This document shows, one piece after another, positions 10,246-22,500 of a stretch of DNA of 64,000 nucleotides. Position 1 is the first letter of the stretch. Each line of letters opens with the position of its first letter. The notes beneath the pieces were generated by a model. It made no database searches. It was not told the origin of the DNA and saw only the letters and a program-made list of their open reading frames with translations. The position numbers and the translations under genes are program-made. The stretch is from Histomonas meleagridis 2922-C6/04-290x (taxonomy: Eukaryota > Protista > Parabasalia): positions 310,001-374,000 of the forward strand of contig JAANOX010000271.1 of NCBI GenBank assembly GCA_020184695.1, given 5' to 3'.

Positions 10246-11556
10246 CTAATTAACTTTTGTTTGTTTCACAACATTTTGCTTTGGCTTAAATATGTATCCG
10301 ATCAATATCATTATTGCCAATACTATATACGGTCCGAATTTCATTATCTTATAAAACCTAAAGTATGGCTCTGCCCAGTACAAGTCGAACGGCGCTCCCA
10401 TGAAGAAGTTCAGCATATGTGTCCAAGCGATATCGAAATAATACACATATTTCTCTCCAATATATTTCTCAAGGACTTTATCAAACCATTTTCTTCTTAA
10501 ATCATCGAAATATCCGAAAATCATTTCTTCAAATGCCAATATGTAATATCCGGGCAAGAAGCCATGCCAATATGCTGAGAACAAAAATGTGGCAGCACGT
10601 GCGACTACATATGGGAACCCTGCTGTCAATAAACGAACATGAATAAACTCCTTTAAAACAAAATGAACAGTATGATTCCATTCTCGTGAAAGTTCGGAAA
10701 TTGAACGTAAACGGAAAAAGACCGATAGCCGAATTGAACGGCAGTTCTCAAAATCGACAGTTTTAACGTGCTCCGCACCAAGAGCTCGAAATCCGGCTTC
10801 GCCTCCAAGCCATGCAAACATGTAGCGAGAGATGTGGAGGAAGCATTCAAGACAGCCTATGAACAGCTTTATAATGTATGGTAAACTTATGAACTTTTCG
10901 GAGATAATGAATTCGGCTGGAATTATTCGAATGCCAATTCCATATGTTAAACACATTATAAATGATTGTAGCCAAATAATTGAACTATCTTTGAAATCAC
11001 TCTTGGCACTGGCTTCATCATTACTCATTTGCATAATTTCATCAAATGTGGTAATTGGAATTACTGGACCTGAATATAAACCATTGTATGAAAATAAATA
11101 AGCAATATATAAAAGAAAAGATGGAGGACGAGAAATAGCTATATCTTTCCATTGTTTTCGTTTGATTTCTTTTTTGCGTCCATCTGCTAAATTGAATGCA
11201 ATTGTCCAAAATCTTAATGCATTAAACATGATAAGTCCAGAAATATCACTTCCCCATTCTCCAACATGCATGTATTTATATGCATGAATAATACCAAGTG
11301 AAACAAACGGGATAATTAAGGATAGTAAACAGTAACTACCAGGTAAGAAAAGCATAGCATATGTTACTAAGTAACTTGCAAGAACGAGTAAAAATTTTAA
11401 TCCGTACAAATATGAACAAATTAAGAAACCGAAAAATATATGGAAATATGGTCTTTTTTTTGGTGTTACATACCTTCTTATCAAGTATGAAAGAGGGCAC
11501 TCACAAAGGATTGTGAACGCGAACAATCCATTGTGGAATAATGTTGCTAACTTCAT
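10246..11556 (-). CDS. MBOAT-family lysophospholipid acyltransferase
   Basis: YLFSYNGLYSGP, EWNHTVHFVLK, FSAYWHGFLPGYY (catalytic His); multi-TM. Confidence 0.92.
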   Translation of the reverse strand: MKLATLFHNGLFAFTILCECPLSYLIRRYVTPKKRPYFHIFFGFLICSYLYGLKFLLVLASYLVTYAMLFLPGSYCLLSLIIPFVSLGIIHAYKYMHVGEWGSDISGLIMFNALRFWTIAFNLADGRKKEIKRKQWKDIAISRPPSFLLYIAYLFSYNGLYSGPVIPITTFDEIMQMSNDEASAKSDFKDSSIIWLQSFIMCLTYGIGIRIIPAEFIISEKFISLPYIIKLFIGCLECFLHISRYMFAWLGGEAGFRALGAEHVKTVDFENCRSIRLSVFFRLRSISELSREWNHTVHFVLKEFIHVRLLTAGFPYVVARAATFLFSAYWHGFLPGYYILAFEEMIFGYFDDLRRKWFDKVLEKYIGEKYVYYFDIAWTHMLNFFMGAPFDLYWAEPYFRFYKIMKFGPYIVLAIMILIGYIFKPKQNVVKQTKVN

Positions 11557-11803
11557 TAGAATTCATCTTTTTATAAACCATTCAAAATCAATGTATCTGA
11601 CATTTCACTTTTGAATTTCTGATCGTATCTGTTCACCTCATTTCTTTCGTCAAAACACGATAAAACTTTTTGAGATACAATTCAATTGAATTTGATCGTT
11701 TTCCTCAGTTTCTCCATTTTTTAAATTTTTTTCATTGATAATTTATTTCTTTTTAAAACATTTTCTGTATTTTGTTTTTTATTGTTAATTCAAGCAAATC
11801 AAT

Positions 11804-13606
11804 TTAAACATATTTATAAATAGTGTACTTATCATTAGCGTATAGCACATCTACAATTGTTCCGATCATTTGGTTTAGTCTTCCCTCCCATTCGTCCATT
11901 TTCCTTGCGATGAAGAAATTCGCGTTTAACTTTCCTTGTTTCGTATTCATGAACATTGTAATCCTATTAAAGTGATCATTATTATCATACAACGAAGAAT
12001 GTAATGCAGCGCTATTTTCATAAAATGATTGTCTTCCAGCAATGACAATCGCAGGAGACCAACCACATCCATAATGCGAAGCGCCCACGAAAACGTCAGT
12101 TTCATTTGTGTTGTTCATGATATATTCTGCTGTTTCATAGTCGACGTCATCCCAAATTGGCATTTTCTGTTGAATCTTTTGATATATTCCAATTATGGAT
12201 GATATACACATGAAAAATGTAATGAAGAATATCAATGTATGGAATATACTTCGATGTTCTTTCTTAAATAATTTAGTAAATGATATCATTCCTGAATATG
12301 ATAATGATATTATTAATGGAAGGATTGTTGATATAAGTTCAAAGAAGTTATAACGAATTTCATTATGAAGTGTTACAAATGTAAATAAATAAAAGATTAT
12401 TAAACTTATAATGGTTCGATATATAAGTTTCTTATTAAAGAAACTAAATGTTAAGACTGGAAATAGAAATCCAAATACAGATAAAGAGAATTTAACAGGA
12501 GGAAGTAAGGACTTACTATATGATTGAAAACTAAACATATATTGATTAGTAATTTTGGGTTTAAATCCAGTATAAATAATATATAAAACTGTTGGAATTA
12601 TGCAAATTGCTTTGATAAGAAGATGCTTAAGATTAAAGGTTGATGGAAAATAAAATAAATACATTATTGTTAATATAAAACCTGATTGAACACGAACAAT
12701 TGTGCAGAAAAGAACTAAAATCCCAGAAAATATAAGGCCGTTGGATTGAAGTAAATTGAGAACAGTGAGTGAAAGGGAGAACGTTAAAAGGGCTGGACGA
12801 GATGTAATAAAGCAGTGAAGTATGGGGTGCCCCCAAACATTGTAGCTATTCTTACCATAGTTGAAAACAAAATCAAGATTGGCATTGTACCTATCTTCAG
12901 TGTTGTTGATGAAATTGAGAAAGCCAAACCCACCAAGTAAGAAAGCAACAGGGACAGAAAGAACTGAGACAAACTCATTATTAGATATTTTATAGGTAAG
13001 ATAATATTGGAGAATAACAATAGAAGAAAAAAGTAGAACAGTTTGAATAAGTACGGCATGCTCAGTTAGAGAACCTGTGACTACCATCATTGCAGAATAA
13101 AATGATGGAAGATACTCTGTTTTGGCTTGGTTTTCTGAAAAGAGTGGAAGCTTAACACCATTGATAAAGTTGCTGTGTTTGTTTGTGCCATTGGCAAAAG
13201 AAGCTATATAAGCAAATTCTAAAAGACAATCATTTAATCCTGTAGAAATGATTTTTCCTTTTTCACCATATGCTATGTAAGAAATATAAGAAAGTAAAAC
13301 AATGTAAATAATAAGAATAATAATAGTGATTGTTTTTGGGAATTTCAAATAAATTGTTCGCTTTCTCCCAATCATAAAAAAAATTACGCCTAATGTAATA
13401 GCCCCCAATATTTGAGCAACAACAAATGATGAGGTAACACCAATGAAATTACTAAGCATTGAAATAATTGATGTTAATGTCATTCCAACTGGGAATGAAG
13501 CTCCTAAAATATCAAGACCTCCTCGCTTTGAAATACATTTAAGTAGTTGATAGCCTAAAAATGTTGAAGCAATTGGCAGCGCGTAGCCATATGGAACAGA
13601 TGCCAT
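11804..13606 (-). CDS. Multi-pass membrane protein, probable GT-C fold glycosyltransferase
   Basis: About 12 TM segments, first luminal loop DCLLEF..IASF..GTN, and a soluble C-terminal domain with AEYI..NT..TDVF and P..IAGRQ typical of GT-C-like enzymes (inference). Confidence 0.55.
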   Translation of the reverse strand: MASVPYGYALPIASTFLGYQLLKCISKRGGLDILGASFPVGMTLTSIISMLSNFIGVTSSFVVAQILGAITLGVIFFMIGRKRTIYLKFPKTITIIILIIYIVLLSYISYIAYGEKGKIISTGLNDCLLEFAYIASFANGTNKHSNFINGVKLPLFSENQAKTEYLPSFYSAMMVVTGSLTEHAVLIQTVLLFSSIVILQYYLTYKISNNEFVSVLSVPVAFLLGGFGFLNFINNTEDRYNANLDFVFNYGKNSYNVWGHPILHCFITSRPALLTFSLSLTVLNLLQSNGLIFSGILVLFCTIVRVQSGFILTIMYLFYFPSTFNLKHLLIKAICIIPTVLYIIYTGFKPKITNQYMFSFQSYSKSLLPPVKFSLSVFGFLFPVLTFSFFNKKLIYRTIISLIIFYLFTFVTLHNEIRYNFFELISTILPLIISLSYSGMISFTKLFKKEHRSIFHTLIFFITFFMCISSIIGIYQKIQQKMPIWDDVDYETAEYIMNNTNETDVFVGASHYGCGWSPAIVIAGRQSFYENSAALHSSLYDNNDHFNRITMFMNTKQGKLNANFFIARKMDEWEGRLNQMIGTIVDVLYANDKYTIYKYV

Positions 13607-13663
13607 TTTGTAACTAACGGTCTCATACGAACGTTAAAGAGACACAAACGGTCTTACATAAAA

Positions 13664-14326
13664 ATGAGTGAAAAATCAGCTGTTCTGAATCAATGTCAAA
13701 AGATCACAAGAGAATTTATAAACAATCCGCTCTGTATGCTTTTTGTTCATCCTCTTACTTTTGTTGACAAAAAAAGTCAACTTGAATATACATCTAAAAT
13801 TAAAGAACAAATGGATTTGCAAACAGTCAACAAAAAACTCAAAGACAACTGCTATTCTAACCTTCAAGAATGGGCATATGATATGTATCTCATTTTTAAT
13901 AATGCTATACTTTTTAATGATGAAACTTCTATTATTGGTGGTGCTGCTGTTTATTTGCGTAAAAGGCTTGACAAAAGAATACGTCAGTTGGAAGCAATGA
14001 ACTTACGGAATTATGAAGATCAATTAATTCAACTTGGTAAACGCCTTGAAAATATTTTAAAAGATCTTCCACTCGGATTAAATGTTGAACTTAGAGAAGA
14101 TCTTGGAACTAATGACAATGAAGATTTCACAATAAGTCGAATAACAGAACTTCAATCTGCACTGACTCAAATCGCTTCACAAGGCAGATCAAAAGAAATC
14201 ATTGCTGTGCTAAAGGAAGTGAATCCAGATGCAGAATATAGTGAGGTCGGAGAAATTGATCTTTCTCATTTAGGAAGAAATTCTTTACTTAAACTTGAAT
14301 CTTTTGTTCAGAACCAGAATAAATAA
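13664..14326 (+). CDS. Bromodomain-containing protein
   Basis: LFVHPL, Y..KIKEQMDLQTV..KL, Y.NLQEW..DM.LIFNNA..FN; C-terminal EIDLSHL ET-like segment. Confidence 0.9.
   Translation: MSEKSAVLNQCQKITREFINNPLCMLFVHPLTFVDKKSQLEYTSKIKEQMDLQTVNKKLKDNCYSNLQEWAYDMYLIFNNAILFNDETSIIGGAAVYLRKRLDKRIRQLEAMNLRNYEDQLIQLGKRLENILKDLPLGLNVELREDLGTNDNEDFTISRITELQSALTQIASQGRSKEIIAVLKEVNPDAEYSEVGEIDLSHLGRNSLLKLESFVQNQNK
14190..14316 (+). repeat. 127-bp direct repeat, copy 1 (3' part of the bromodomain CDS)
   Basis: Appears identical to 15145-15271 by eye. Confidence 0.93.
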
Positions 14327-14691
14327 ATGTAATAAATCAGATTTTTATATTATAATTTAAATTTAGTTCTAAAAAATTTAAAAATTATAAGGGAAAAAAT
14401 GTGTTATCAATAGTAAAGGTGTAAACGTGTTTTAATGGTTTTATTATTTTCTTTTAAAAGTAAATTCATCTTAAAATTTTTATTATTTAACTACTATAAA
14501 AGGGTACAATTTTTTTAATGATCAAATTAAGAATAAATGAATCTAAGAATTAATATTAAAATTTTATCCTTAATCAAAATGGGAAAGGGAACGAAAAATT
14601 TATACAAGATAACACAATTTTACCTATAAATCGAAAATTATTTTGAACAGGTACATCTAAAATATGATATTAAATCCCATACCCAAAAAAA

Positions 14692-14763
14692 TGGATGTGT
14701 GGGGGATCGAACCCCAGGCCTCTACAATGCAAATGTAGCGCTCTACCACTGAGCTACACACCC
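14692..14763 (-). tRNA. trnA-UGC: tRNA-Ala (anticodon UGC)
   Basis: Minus strand GGGTGTG..AGCTCAGTGGTAGAGCG..CTACA TTTGCAT TGTAG..GGGGTTCGATCCCC..CACATCCA: full cloverleaf, G3:U70 alanine determinant, followed by a T7 Pol III terminator. Confidence 0.97.
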
Positions 14764-15144
14764 TTACGTAAGTAAGAAATTATCATAATATAAAATTATA
14801 AAAATATACATGCAAATATTTAAAATTTTGATAGAAAATTTGTTTCAGAAATAATTATTATATCTTTTCCCAATTCAAAAATACTCAATATCAAGAACAA
14901 GTTAGAGAAATTCAATAACAATAAAATGTAATCACTTTTTTTTCTTTGTAACATTTGTAAACTTTACATTTCTAGAAGCAATGATATTGTTATTGTTCCT
15001 TTAAATTTCCTAACTTTCCGAGGCATACTTCAAATTCAAAGATTACTTCAACACAAGAACTTGCAGCCAAACTTCTGTATTTTATTCTAAAGCCCAAAAA
15101 AGCATTTTGAAATTTTGGAGATTGCTCATAAAAAAATAAGATAA

Positions 15145-15271
15145 CAAAAGAAATCATTGCTGTGCTAAAGGAAGTGAATCCAGATGCAGAATATAGTGAG
15201 GTCGGAGAAATTGATCTTTCTCATTTAGGAAGAAATTCTTTACTTAAACTTGAATCTTTTGTTCAGAACCA
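15145..15271 (+). repeat. 127-bp direct repeat, copy 2 (orphan copy of the bromodomain gene 3' end)
   Basis: Matches 14190-14316; in-frame TAA at 15137-15139 upstream, so it is not part of an ORF. Confidence 0.93.
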
Positions 15272-15896
15272 AATAAAATAAATTGACTTAAATAAAATTA
15301 TTTAAATTAACTTTTTCAATAATAGGTTCGTAAACACCCTCAATTTGAATTATAAATGTTTTACGATACACGAAATTGTGTGTTGTTTTGCTTTAATAAT
15401 TGACAATGTCTGTCTGTCATAAAAAACGATTACCCTATAAGTTTCATTTTCTTGGCATGTTTTTTTACTTTGCTATTTCAATGGAAGTTAATTTCCATGT
15501 TAAAATTCCCTCAATTTGATATATCATAATAAATATGAATATTGTCATATCTGAATGAATTACCAGATTTATACGAGATGACAAAATAGGATTTTTATTA
15601 TATTACATATATTTGGAATTTGAAATTACTACGCTGAAAAATGGTGGAAAAATGTCTCATGCATTGCTTGTCTTGATCAAGGTTAACGTGTAAAATTCAA
15701 TACCAGAAAACCGGTTTTTCACAGAAAAATAACCGCTGTTTCGGGGGTTAGCAAAAAAAATCAGTTAAAAACTTTTTAATGAAAATTCAATGTTATCAAT
15801 TTGGTGTAAATTTGATAAATTTATAAGGTTCTGTGCTTAAAAAGTCAATCTGAAATTCTTGTCGGTTCAATGTTATCAAAACTTTGAAAATATATT

Positions 15897-17036
15897 TTGA
15901 GTGAATTCACTTCACAATTTTTTCTTGTTATTCTCTTCCTTTTATTTGGATTAATTACAAGTTCGAACAAAACTGTCATTTACTATGGTGACATTACGGG
16001 CCCTCAATCAGATCTTCAGTATTTCGAACAAATTGAGACAGCAATCAATAAAGCTTATCCAGAACTTGGAAATGATACATAAATATTGGCCATTTCTTCC
16101 CAGGTTAAAAGTGATCTTAATAAAACCGAGACTCGTAAATTCCATAGCAATAATACAAATCCTGTTCTTTCAGAAATAGCTGGAAATTCTGACCTTATCT
16201 ATTTCTATACTTCAACTGACTATGCAATTTCTATCGACTTGTCTGGTATTTCTTGTGAAGGTATACTTGTTTACAATAATAATAACCAAAAAAGCTTGGA
16301 AATCAAAGGATCAGATCTTTCTTCTGTTGGTTTTGTAGGACTTATGGGTCGTGTGAATTCAAATAGCCCAATGACATTCAACAAATTCACAGCGATGTAT
16401 TATCAAGGTGAATATTCTTCAAATCTTTTCGTTGGATATGATTTTGAAACTGTTTCTCAAAGCACTGCTCCACTTGCTCTCTATTCTATTCAAACTGGAG
16501 ATCAGACACAACTTCAAATCACAGCATCCACAGATGGATTTTATGTTCCTTCAATTGGATCAACTCAAGGACGTGCTTTTCAGGATGGTAAATCACTTCT
16601 AATTAATCCATATATTAGTGCTGCTAAAAATATCGACATTTCATTAGGAGAAAATGTATCTGAACCACAAAACTTAGTGTTATATTTCGATGATCCAATT
16701 TACGCACCAATAGGTTACTTATCTGCTTCTGCTTTATCTTATTTCACAACTATTAAATCTAAAATAGAAAACTTTGCAATTCATATTAATTTTGTGGGTG
16801 AAAGCTGGCAAAATGTCCAAAACTTTGAACTAAAACTATGTATTGGTGATGGATTCAGAGATTTGATCGATACTTCTTCAGTCCCATCAAATATCAAAAT
16901 TGTCTTCGAAGAACCTAAATGTTACAGTATTTTTACAAGGATAACATGATTCCTTTCACATTTAAATATCCATTTTCTGTTGGATTGTCATCAAAGATAA
17001 GACAGGCTAATTGTAAATTCTCCGATGTATCATGAT
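15897..17036 (+). pseudogene. Disabled secreted/surface protein gene
   Basis: Inr (TTCACTTCACA) and signal-like FFLVILFLLFGL but no ATG; in-frame TAA at 16080-16082 joins two same-frame ORFs; probable frameshift near 16930. Confidence 0.65.
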
Positions 17037-17494
17037 ATGTTGTAAGTATTGACTTTCATAGTTTCATCTATTTTAATGATCATTATGAGTTCACATTAAT
17101 TTTCTAGGTTAATCGCAAACCTTAACTAATTCCATTTTTTTTAAAAAATTTCTTTAATGAATTGAGAATACATTTTTATATTTATGGACAATGATCATTA
17201 AAAATGTTAATCTTCATTTCGTTAAGCATCACTTCCTTGCTGTTCTCAAGAGAAACAAGACATCCTGCAAAACCAAAACACCGAAAATTTCTTTTACAAG
17301 TTATGCAAACAAAATATTTAACTTATTCTATAAATCGAATGATAAAAATATTTATTGAAAAATTTTGTGAGTTGTACTTACCTAAATTTATCATAAAAAA
17401 TGTTTATTTTGGATTTTTTACTTTAAAATCAAATTTTTAATAAATATATAAAAACATAATAATTTGTATTTGATTATAATAGAATATAACATTT

Positions 17495-17998
17495 TTAATG
17501 TTTTCCGCTTAAGCGTGATAACCTATTTCTTAGCTTTTGATTCTTATTTATAAGCTTTGTATATGTAGCAGAAAGTTGTGGAATTTCAGTATAATTTATT
17601 TGATATGTTTCTTTAACAATTTCTTCGATAGAATTTTTTTGAATAAATGGATCTTGTGCTTGAACAAAGTTATCTGCATCAATTACTCTTTTTTTGAGTT
17701 GATCTATATCTTCATTCTTTGGAATATATTTTTTGTTTAAATTTTGAATCTGAAATTTTAATCTTTGAATTTCTTGATCCATTTGTTCCAAAACGAGTTT
17801 TGTTGAAGGGTCAAAGTATAACTCATCTCCATAGTTAAAAGTCATTGAATATTCTGAATTTCTTTCATTAACTGCATTCAATGCCATTTTTCTTTCATGT
17901 TTCATTGTATCGATTTCTTTATAATTTTGAAAAATCTCAGTATTAAGTGGAACTGTTGTATCAATATCTGGAGGCTCAACAAAACTCATATATGACAA
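17495..17998 (-). CDS. Hypothetical coiled-coil protein
   Basis: 167-aa ATG ORF with heptad-like segments. Confidence 0.7.
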   Translation of the reverse strand: MSYMSFVEPPDIDTTVPLNTEIFQNYKEIDTMKHERKMALNAVNERNSEYSMTFNYGDELYFDPSTKLVLEQMDQEIQRLKFQIQNLNKKYIPKNEDIDQLKKRVIDADNFVQAQDPFIQKNSIEEIVKETYQINYTEIPQLSATYTKLINKNQKLRNRLSRLSGKH

Positions 17999-18169
17999 AA
18001 CAATAAGTTCTCAAATTAAATCGACATAAAGAAAAACTATGAAATCATGTCGAACGTTTATTTGTATGCAAGATTGGGCAGCTAAATTTTCATTGAATTT
18101 TCAGAGCTTCGGCCACTTATACACTGAAAAAATAGATGAACTGAATTTGGTTATCATTTTTATTTAAAG

Positions 18170-19315
18170 ATGGGAAAAGATTTTTATGCAATATTAGGTG
18201 TTCCACGTGATGCAGATGCTACCACACTAAAAAAAGCATACCGTAAATTAGCAATGAAATGGCATCCTGATAAAAACATTAATAATCAAGAAGTCGCACA
18301 AGCAAAGTTCCAAGAAATATCAGAAGCATATGATGTTCTTAGTGATCCAAAGAAACGTGAAATATATGATCAATATGGAGAAGAAGGTCTCAAAGTTGGA
18401 GGAAATCCAAATCCATCTGGTCCAAATATGGATGGATTCACAAGAGGTTCACCAAATGGTAACTTTAGATACGAATTTACACAACAACAAGCAGAAGACT
18501 TATTTAGAAATATATTTGGCGATCTTGGAGGTTTCGGATTCGGAAGAAGAATGGGTGGAAATCCAAATGTCCGAATAAATGGTCACCGCGTAGGTGGACA
18601 AAATGGAAACTTTAGAAGTTTCGATGATTTTGATATGTTCCAAGATCAAATGGGCGATAGTCCTTATAAAGGAAGAGGTCATAGAGTAGGCGGTGATGGT
18701 TTTGGAAATCATTTTGGATTTGGAAATATGAGCATGGATGATTCATTTGTCGATGATGGAAATCAAGGATATGGATTCTCAAGGCAACCACAAACAATCC
18801 CACCACTCAGAATAGAATTACCATGTACACTTGAACAATTGAATAACTGCGTTACAAGGAAGTTGAAGGTAAGAAGAAATGTATATGGAAAAGAAGAAGA
18901 AAAGATTCTTTTGGTCGAGTTGAAGCCATGGTGGAAGGATGGAACAAAGATTACATTCGAAGGTGAAGGTGATCGAAAACAAGGACTTCCACCACAAGAT
19001 GTTCAATTCATTGTGAAAGAAGTTCCACATAGTGTATTCAAACGTGTCAAAGATGATTTGTATTGCGAAGAAACTATTGGTTTAAAAGATGCACTTTGTG
19101 GATTCACATTCAGCAAGGTTGGTATTGATGGTCGTGTAATCAGATTAAATATTAACGATGTTATTCAGAATGGCTCTGAACGTAGAATCCGTGGAGAAGG
19201 TATGAGAACAAAGAATGGTCAACGTGGTGATTTAATAGTCAAATTTAATGTTCGATATCCAACATATTTATCACCTGACCAAAAAGCAAAATTAAGAGAA
19301 TATCTTCCAAATTAA
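18170..19315 (+). CDS. Hsp40/DnaJ class B chaperone
   Basis: J domain with HPD, G/F-rich linker, and C-terminal domain (LEQL, GTKITF.GEG, ALCG, GDL.V.F). Confidence 0.96.
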   Translation: MGKDFYAILGVPRDADATTLKKAYRKLAMKWHPDKNINNQEVAQAKFQEISEAYDVLSDPKKREIYDQYGEEGLKVGGNPNPSGPNMDGFTRGSPNGNFRYEFTQQQAEDLFRNIFGDLGGFGFGRRMGGNPNVRINGHRVGGQNGNFRSFDDFDMFQDQMGDSPYKGRGHRVGGDGFGNHFGFGNMSMDDSFVDDGNQGYGFSRQPQTIPPLRIELPCTLEQLNNCVTRKLKVRRNVYGKEEEKILLVELKPWWKDGTKITFEGEGDRKQGLPPQDVQFIVKEVPHSVFKRVKDDLYCEETIGLKDALCGFTFSKVGIDGRVIRLNINDVIQNGSERRIRGEGMRTKNGQRGDLIVKFNVRYPTYLSPDQKAKLREYLPN

Positions 19316-19458
19316 ATTGTATGAAACCTAGAATTGAAGTAAATATCAATTGTTTATAAATTCTTTTTTACCAAATGAGAATAATTGTGTCAAAATATTT
19401 GGATGTTTTGACATAAAAATATTTTTGAAATTATAATGATCGTTTCATTAACAAAACA

Positions 19459-19540
19459 AACGGTTTTAGTATTTTTGACTCTATAAAGAGGCCGTTTATA
19501 AAAATTGAGTCCAAGTGACATCACTTACCAAAATTCACTA
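19459..19540 (+). promoter_or_regulatory. Core promoter: M3-like AACGGTTT, M2-like AAGTGAC and two Inr elements
   Basis: AACGGTTT 19459-19466, AAGTGAC 19513-19519, TCACTT 19521-19526 and TCACTA 19535-19540; they resemble Trichomonas core promoter motifs. Confidence 0.55.
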
Positions 19541-19544
19541 AAAA

Positions 19545-22500
19545 AGGTTGATTTTCTCAAAATCTTCTTATCAACAAATAGCAAACATACCAAGGGGAAG
19601 AACTCAGTGTTCTCCAAGTTATTCAATTCCATCAACTTGTGATATTCATAAACTCGATATTTACATTGAACAAGAAAAATTAATTTCTAATAACATTTCA
19701 TCAATATTTGAAATCACAATCAATAACGAAGATCCATATAATGCATTTAAGATATTGGTTGATGATGTTAAAAAAAGAAATTTAAAAAATTCTATCAAAT
19801 CCATTACGTTATCACCAAATAGGCCCAATACAATAATTATTGAATCTAATGATAAAAGTTCTTTTATGAGTTTAATTCAACATAACTTTGATTTTTCTGA
19901 AAATTTTCTTAGAAATGCAATTGATTTTGGTTCCTCTATTCGTTTTTTGAAGTTTCCTCCTGGTACTATAGTTAGAATTTATGGGAAAGAAGCAGGTCAA
20001 GTTGTTACTTCTGATGCAACAACTCAAAAAATTCTGGTAAAATATCTTCCATGCATTGATTATGAACAGCTCAAAACGTCGGAAATAAAGAGTCAAAAAT
20101 ATATTAACATGAAAATGCCAAGTGATTACAAACCTAAGAAAATTTATTTTGTAAAAAATTTTTTTATACGCTATAAAATCAAACTTGATGAAGAAGAAAT
20201 TCCAATTCCATATGCACACAATGGCGTCGCAAAAGCAATCAAGTGGGATGGTGATTTGTTTATTGGGATATTTCAATATTCATATTTTTCAATGGAAGAT
20301 TTACAAATTCAAAACTTAAACATAACTAAAGAAGAATATTCCATATTCGAAAATAATAGAGCTGATTTTGAAGGTCATGACCCAATTTTTAATGAAAATA
20401 TGAGGAAAACTAAAAAAACTTTTGAACAAAATAATTTCTCTTTATTGAATACTAGAAACGATTCAGAAGAAAAAATGAATCAAAATGAAAGTCATATTTC
20501 CGAAGCAAAGATAAAAGTGAATGAAGAAAATATTATAAAACCAAATATATTATGGCACTCACAAAATAACCAAGGAAAACCTGTACGAATAGAAAATTAT
20601 ATTAAAAAAGAAACACAAAAAAGTTTTTCACAACAAACAGAATTTGAACCAAAAGAACAGCAAAAGCCTCAAGCTAGAGAAAAAATAAATGAGAACAAAG
20701 AACAACAAATATCTCAAACAAGAAAAATAACGAATGATAACAAAGAAAAACAAAGAGTTCAATCAGAAAAAATAAGTGAAAACAAAGAACAACAAATATC
20801 GCAAACAAGAAAAATAACGAATGATAACAAAGAAAAACAGAGAGTTCAATCAGAAAAAATAAGTGAAAACAAAGAACAACAAATTTCACAAATAAGAAAT
20901 GCAATAAATGAAAATAGAGAACAACAAATATCTCAAATAATCGAAACAACAAATGAAAATAAAGAACAACGAATATCTCAAATAATCGAAATAATAAATG
21001 AAGACAAAGAAAAGCAAAGAGTTCTATTAGAAAAAGTAAATGAAAACAAGGAACAACAAATATTTCAACCAAGAGAAACAAATGAAGATAATGAGCGAGA
21101 AATTTCACAACAACACAGAGAAGAGTACACTCTTTATCATGTTCAAGCAAAAGCAAATACACAACAAAGGCATCAATCAAATAAAAATAATCAATGGCAA
21201 CAAATACCACAAATATTACATTCAGAACAAGAAATATCAAAGGAACAAATGTTACAGAGGCCACAAGCAGTACAAGAAACAGTGCAGCCACAAATACAAC
21301 AAATTCAACAAAAACCACAATCAAATAAAGATAATCAACAGCAACAACAAATGCCACAACTTCAATCAGCACAAGAACTGACACAACAATCAATGCAACA
21401 AAGGAACAAAGATGTACCTGAACAACAAATTCAAAAGAGATTGCAAGAGACACGAGAAATTCCACAACAACATAGAGAAGAATACACTCTTTATCATGTT
21501 CAAGCAAAATCAAATACACAACAAAAGCCACAAATAAATAAAGATATTCCACAAAAGCAACCAATGCAACAGAGACGACAATTAACTCATGATAACCAGC
21601 AACAACAAATGCCACAACTTCTATCAGTACAAGAACTGACACAACAAAGAAACAAAGATATAACTGAACAACAAATTCAAAAGAGATCGCAAGAAACACG
21701 AGAAATGCCACAACAACATAGAGAAGAATACACTCTTTACCATGTTCAAGCAGAAGCAAATACACATAAACTACAACCAGTACAGGAAACAGTGCTGCCA
21801 CAAATACAGCAAAGGATACACTCAAATAAAGATAATCAACAACAACAAATATCACATACAGAACATAAAATATCACAGCGGCAAATGCCACAAAAGCAAC
21901 AATCAAATAAAGATAATCAACAACAACCAATGCCACAAACATGTGAAGATATTTTATATCAACAACAAATTTCGCACACACTGTCTGAAGCATTACAACA
22001 ATTTCAAATTAATTCAAATGAAGAAGATCAAGCAGAAACAAGTTCAGAGCAAGCTCTCGAGAAGCTTATTGAGTATTGCAAAAATTCGAAAGATATCACA
22101 AAGTTACGTCATATATATAAAATACTAGATGAAATGAAACAACAACACGAGACACCACAACAAGAACAACCAAAACAAACTGAATTAAGACAACCAAAGT
22201 ATTGGCCGTATGATTTAGTTCGACTAAATTCTAATTTAGTTGGAACTGTTATTAATATAACTGAAACAGATGACACAATAATTCTACAAAACAATAGAAT
22301 CGAAACTGTTACTGAAGATAAAATTGTCAAAAAATTGTCTCCTCAGCCAAAAGTTATTGATTGTCACAAAACGCAATTATTTATTGGAGATAGAGTAAAA
22401 TTTAACGAAACAAAAGAAGGAAAAATCATTCAAATGTATAATAAACATCTCTACGTAGAATTACCAGATAACTCATTCCAATGTGTTCCTGCAAGATTGG

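Noticed and set aside
20674-21993. 439-aa antisense ORF and similar ORFs at 58741-60709
   Set aside because: Shadow frames of Q/K/E-rich repetitive coding sequence.
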